Shown: positions 60,267 to 64,000 of the stretch, piece by piece | How the letters are laid out: each line of letters begins with the position of its first letter | How positions within the stretch are numbered: position 1 is the stretch's first letter | Assembly: GCA_944380305.1 (NCBI GenBank) | Contig: CALWHF010000006.1 | Coordinates: 24,422 to 88,421 of the forward strand | DNA length: 64,000 nt | Direction: 5' to 3' | Source: an uncultured Christensenellaceae bacterium | Lineage (GTDB): Bacteria; Bacillota; Clostridia; Christensenellales; UBA3700 | Program-made: the position numbers and the translations under genes | Notes under the pieces: generated by a model | What the model was told of the DNA's origin: nothing | Database searches by the model: none | Seen by the model: the letters and a program-made list of their open reading frames with translations, nothing else

Positions 60267-60296
60267 ATACGGTAGTTTTTGCTACCGTATTTTTTT
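60267..60296 (+). terminator. Rho-independent terminator
   Basis: atacggtag-tttttg-ctaccgtat followed by a T-tract. Confidence 0.8.
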
Positions 60297-60487
60297 ATTT
60301 TTCATGACACGTTATTTGAAATTCTCGACGCAAGACTTTGCGATACACGTCGTCAGCGGTTTGAAGTCTCAAATATCGAAAGCAGTCGTTTTAAGGTAAA
60401 ATTTACATTTTCTGTTGTTGACAAAGCAGAGTCGCGGTAATATAATGAATAAAGTCGGATAAGGGAGAATAAACGGGAGGTGCGTTT

Positions 60488-61894
60488 ATGGGTTACGTTT
60501 TCAGCTATAACATCTTTTTACACCTTGCATTGATCCTGTTGCTTACGAAAGTGCTCGGCATATTGATGAGAAAGATCGGTCTGCCGCAGGTCGTAGGCGC
60601 ACTTATCGCAGGTATAATCATAGGCGTCAGCGGTATCATCAAGGACACGAGCGAGCTCAAACCGTTTGCGGAGATTGGAGTGGTCATGATAATGTTCACT
60701 GCCGGTATGGAGACGAATTTCAAAGAGCTAAAGAAAAACGGAGTAGCGTCAGTGCTCATCACTAGCCTGGGCGTCATAGTTCCGCTTGCCGTAGGTTTCG
60801 GCGTTTCGTGGATAATCCCCGGTCTCGAACTCAAAGAAAGATTTTTCTTCGGCGTCATATTGGCAGCTACATCGGTCGGCATTACGGTCGCAGTTCTCAA
60901 GGAGATCGGCAAGATACACGGCAAGGTCGGCGCGAGCATAGTTACGGCGGCGGTTCTCGACGACATCATTGGCATAGTAATTCTTGCGTTCGCTACAGGC
61001 GAAGTGGATTCGGGCACATGGGGATACAAGATCGTCGATCTGTTCGGAGATCCCGCAAACGTATCGTCGGGAGTGCAGGTACTTATCAACGTTGTGCTGT
61101 TCTTTGTCATTGCGATAGCGTTCGGCATTGCGATACATTTTATTTTCAAATTCCTCAGCAAGAAATTCCCTCATACGAGAAGGCTGTCGATATTCGGTCT
61201 CGCGACCGCGTTTCTGTTCGCATGGTTTTCTGAAGAGCTCTTCGGCGTTGCGGCTATCACGGGTGCGTTCGTTGCGGGTATGATGATGTCCAACATGAAA
61301 CAGACCGAGTACGTCGAGCGTCGTATAGATATGAGCGCGTATATGCTGTTCAGCCCGATTTTCTTCGCCAACATCGGCATATGCCTGGACTACAAGTCGC
61401 TTGTCGACAATTTCGGATGGACGTTGATCCTGTTCAGCCTCACGTTTGTGATATGCGGTATGGCCGCTAAACTCGTCGGTTGCGGTGCGGGCGGACTCAT
61501 ATGCAAATACAAGCCCCACGAGAGTCTCGAGGTAGGTCTCGGCATGATGGTCAGAGGAGAGGTTTGTCTTATCGTCGCGCAGAAAGGTATCGAGGAGGGT
61601 ATCATGGATCCCGCATATCTTCCCGCAGTCATTCTTCTCGTCATAATGTCGTCGCTGCTGACTCCGATATTCCTGAAACTGACTTTCAAGAAATTCCCCG
61701 ACGAAGTGGTGGACGACAAATACGTTACGCCTGCGTCGCCAGTCGCAGCCAACATAATAAAAGAAAAGCTCGAGAAGGATATGCCCGTTCTCGACGAGAC
61801 CATAAGTTCCGAGGCGAACGATGTCGCAATCGATCAGATGAGCGAAGTAGAGCAGCACAAGGAAGAGGCTCGTTCTGAAGAAGAAAAGAAGTAA
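60488..61894 (+). CDS. Cation:proton antiporter (CPA2, NapA-like)
   Basis: LPQVVG, AEIGV, ATSVGIT, AAVLDD, GMMVRGEV. Promoter TTGACA-17-TATAAT at 60418-60446. Confidence 0.92.
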   Translation: MGYVFSYNIFLHLALILLLTKVLGILMRKIGLPQVVGALIAGIIIGVSGIIKDTSELKPFAEIGVVMIMFTAGMETNFKELKKNGVASVLITSLGVIVPLAVGFGVSWIIPGLELKERFFFGVILAATSVGITVAVLKEIGKIHGKVGASIVTAAVLDDIIGIVILAFATGEVDSGTWGYKIVDLFGDPANVSSGVQVLINVVLFFVIAIAFGIAIHFIFKFLSKKFPHTRRLSIFGLATAFLFAWFSEELFGVAAITGAFVAGMMMSNMKQTEYVERRIDMSAYMLFSPIFFANIGICLDYKSLVDNFGWTLILFSLTFVICGMAAKLVGCGAGGLICKYKPHESLEVGLGMMVRGEVCLIVAQKGIEEGIMDPAYLPAVILLVIMSSLLTPIFLKLTFKKFPDEVVDDKYVTPASPVAANIIKEKLEKDMPVLDETISSEANDVAIDQMSEVEQHKEEARSEEEKK

Positions 61895-61913
61895 ATCTCA
61901 TATACGAACAACC

Positions 61914-61942
61914 GCGCGTCGCTGAAAAGCGGCGCGTTTTTT
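61914..61942 (+). terminator. Rho-independent terminator
   Basis: gcgcgtcgct-gaaa-agcggcgcgt followed by a T-tract. Confidence 0.75.
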
Positions 61943-61980
61943 TGCCTTTTTTATCCTGTAACTCAAAACATATCTGAAAG

Positions 61981-62009
61981 TTGATTAATCCGCGCGCGTA
62001 TGCTATAAT
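61981..62009 (+). promoter_or_regulatory. Sigma-A promoter placing the TSS at or near the ATG (leaderless)
   Basis: TTGATT-17-TATAAT with extended TG; ATG 8 nt downstream; no SD sequence. Confidence 0.65.
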
Positions 62010-62016
62010 GTAGTCG

Positions 62017-64000
62017 ATGAAAAAACGCAGTTACGCAATAGCCGCGGTCGTACTTCTGATCGCCATAGTCGCGCCCTTCGTTTTAGGTGCATGTTCGGTA
62101 CTTTCGCTCACGCTGAAAAGACCGACGCTCAGCTATGCCGACGGAGTGGTCGAATGGGGGGCAGTAGGGTACGCGAATTCGTATTCGGTGTCGTTGTACG
62201 CAGATGACGACGGCGCAGTGGGAGACAAGATCTCGGGACCCGAAACCGTGACGAACACGAATTACGTCATAAGAGATTACGGTATCGTCTGGATAGGGGT
62301 CAAGGCGGTAAGCTCTAGACAATTTTTCGAAGATTCGGCAGAGGCGTTCCTGCGGGTAGAGAAGAAAGACACGTCGAGCGACGTGACCGTACCCGACGAT
62401 CCCGTGAAGCCCGACGATCCGACGGAGCCCGACGATCCGTCCGTACCCGATAAGCCGACAGATCCTTCAGAAGGAAGCGACGCGTTGCCTTCGAGCGCAC
62501 CCGATCTCGGGCTCCCCGCGGGAGCGGTCAGAAAATTCAATTACGTCGTTTACGGCGGTGACGGCATATCCGTCGCGATGACCGATAATACCGATAAGGT
62601 GACAAGACTTTTCGTCAACGGCGGAGAACTCGTCGGAGGATGGAGATACGACTCGGCAAACAATGCGGTAGAGCTCGAAAAAGACCTGTTCTCCGATATT
62701 TCCGCAGGCATAGATACAGAATTTACCGCTATGACCGAAAGCGGAGAGATTTTCGATTTTTACGTTACCGTGACAAACAAATCTAAAATGCCCGCAGGTA
62801 TCGATCTGCCGAGTTACGGCGCGTATCTGTTCTGCAAAAACGCGTCAGACGCATCCGAAGGCGTAAAGGTTGCATTCGATTCGTCAGCAAGCGTTCAGGC
62901 AGTCAGCATGGACGGAACGAAAGTGCAGTACACGACCGCGAATTATTCGCTGACGTCGACAAGCGTCACTTTCAAAGAAAAATATCTTGCGTCTCTCGGC
63001 TACGGTTTGCATGAGGCGGAGCTGTTCACGACCAACGGAATAATAGACTTTTATCTGTTCGTATATTCTACGAGCATTATGTGTTATGATCTTTATTACG
63101 AATTCGACGATTGCTATCCGTCTCTCGTTCTCGGCTGGAGCGTCGATTATCCGATAGACAAGTTCGAAGTGGTAGTCAACGGCACCGTGTATTCGGACGA
63201 GAATTATCCCGAGCGCTTCGACGGCAATACTTTCGATCTGACGGGACTTTGCGTCGGGTCGATAAGCGCGAGCGTAAGAAGTTACGTCGACGGCGTCGCT
63301 ACTCCCGCTGTCAGCGCGTCGCTTGCGTATGCAGACAACACGTCGAAGATAGCGGCGTATCTGGATAAAGAGCAGGGTTTCGAATATCTCGGGGAAAAGC
63401 ATAACAGATACATCGACAGCGACGAGGAAATGGATCTCCTCGCGTACTATATGATTCTTTACAACGACGATCTCCCGACCAGGGTCTTCAATACCGTGAG
63501 CGGGGAGAAGGAAATGACTTACGTCGAAGTGTTCGTAGATCCGTCGCTCGGAGTTTCGGACGCAAGCGACGTGATGAGGATTTTTGCAGAATCGTGCGCG
63601 AAATACAAAGAGTCTACAAAACATTCTTACGCCGCGCTCGGGGCTGACGGTGCGTACTGTCTGGGGATGCTGATGGTTTCGCAAAACGAGGCTTTGTATG
63701 ACAGCACCACGCAGTATTCCGAGGCTGAGGGAAACGAGTTCCATCTGACACGTTCGACGCGCGCATCCGATTTCGATGACTTTGCGATAAACGACAGAAA
63801 AGAGGTTTCGGTAGAAAGCAGCGATCAGCTGTTCTTCGCGGCAGAGGCGGGGTATCAGCCCGTACCCGTGGCGGGAAGCGTAGCCGAAAATCTGTATAAG
63901 CTTGCTAAAGACGTCTGCCGCACATGGATAGACGACTCCATGACCGATTACGAGAAAGTCCACGCTATCTACGACTGGCTGGGCAAAAACGTGATCTACG
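62017..64000 (+). CDS. Lipoprotein with Pro/Asp-rich linker and transglutaminase-like domain (3' truncated by the window)
   Basis: Manual translation: MKKRSYAIAAVVLLIAIVAPFVLGA-C lipobox, PDDP repeats (~62392-62465), ending in frame with MTDYEKVHAIYDWLGKNVIY. Absent from the ORF track because it has no stop in the window. Confidence 0.82.
   Translation, partial: MKKRSYAIAAVVLLIAIVAPFVLGACSVLSLTLKRPTLSYADGVVEWGAVGYANSYSVSLYADDDGAVGDKISGPETVTNTNYVIRDYGIVWIGVKAVSSRQFFEDSAEAFLRVEKKDTSSDVTVPDDPVKPDDPTEPDDPSVPDKPTDPSEGSDALPSSAPDLGLPAGAVRKFNYVVYGGDGISVAMTDNTDKVTRLFVNGGELVGGWRYDSANNAVELEKDLFSDISAGIDTEFTAMTESGEIFDFYVTVTNKSKMPAGIDLPSYGAYLFCKNASDASEGVKVAFDSSASVQAVSMDGTKVQYTTANYSLTSTSVTFKEKYLASLGYGLHEAELFTTNGIIDFYLFVYSTSIMCYDLYYEFDDCYPSLVLGWSVDYPIDKFEVVVNGTVYSDENYPERFDGNTFDLTGLCVGSISASVRSYVDGVATPAVSASLAYADNTSKIAAYLDKEQGFEYLGEKHNRYIDSDEEMDLLAYYMILYNDDLPTRVFNTVSGEKEMTYVEVFVDPSLGVSDASDVMRIFAESCAKYKESTKHSYAALGADGAYCLGMLMVSQNEALYDSTTQYSEAEGNEFHLTRSTRASDFDDFAINDRKEVSVESSDQLFFAAEAGYQPVPVAGSVAENLYKLAKDVCRTWIDDSMTDYEKVHAIYDWLGKNVIY

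Overview
64 kb of chromosome from an anaerobic Firmicute. Gene content and style suggest Clostridia, possibly a Christensenellales-like gut lineage (inference). I found no rRNA, tRNA, CRISPR array, prophage or intact transposase. Housekeeping content includes nadE, class III RNR (nrdD with a fused C-terminal CxxC redoxin, plus nrdG) with NrdR boxes, copA, a DAHP synthase, a stand-alone GlmU acetyltransferase domain with glmM, argGHCJBDF with ARG boxes, hup, and pflBA under a ZTP (pfl) riboswitch. There is also a GH2 beta-galactosidase, a GH38 alpha-mannosidase and several lipoproteins. The most unusual block is a ~17 kb AraC-associated operon (12249-29665). It joins the full glucuronate pathway (uxaC, uxuA, uxuB, kdgK, eda) to three Gfo/Idh/MocA dehydrogenases, a TIM-barrel isomerase/lyase, PHP and GDPD phosphoesterases, an uncharacterised (alpha/alpha)6 glycosidase, a GPH/MelB transporter and a lipoprotein. 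This is a candidate pathway for scavenging a glucuronylated phospho-glycolipid head group (hypothesis). Other notable signals are NrdR-like tandem boxes over the pfl promoter, an internal promoter and RBS that could yield a free CopZ from the 3' end of copA, a 44-bp IS3-like mini-element inside a terminator, a structured leader before the GlmU domain and glmM, and a probable leaderless lipoprotein mRNA. All family assignments come from motif recognition; no database searches were run.
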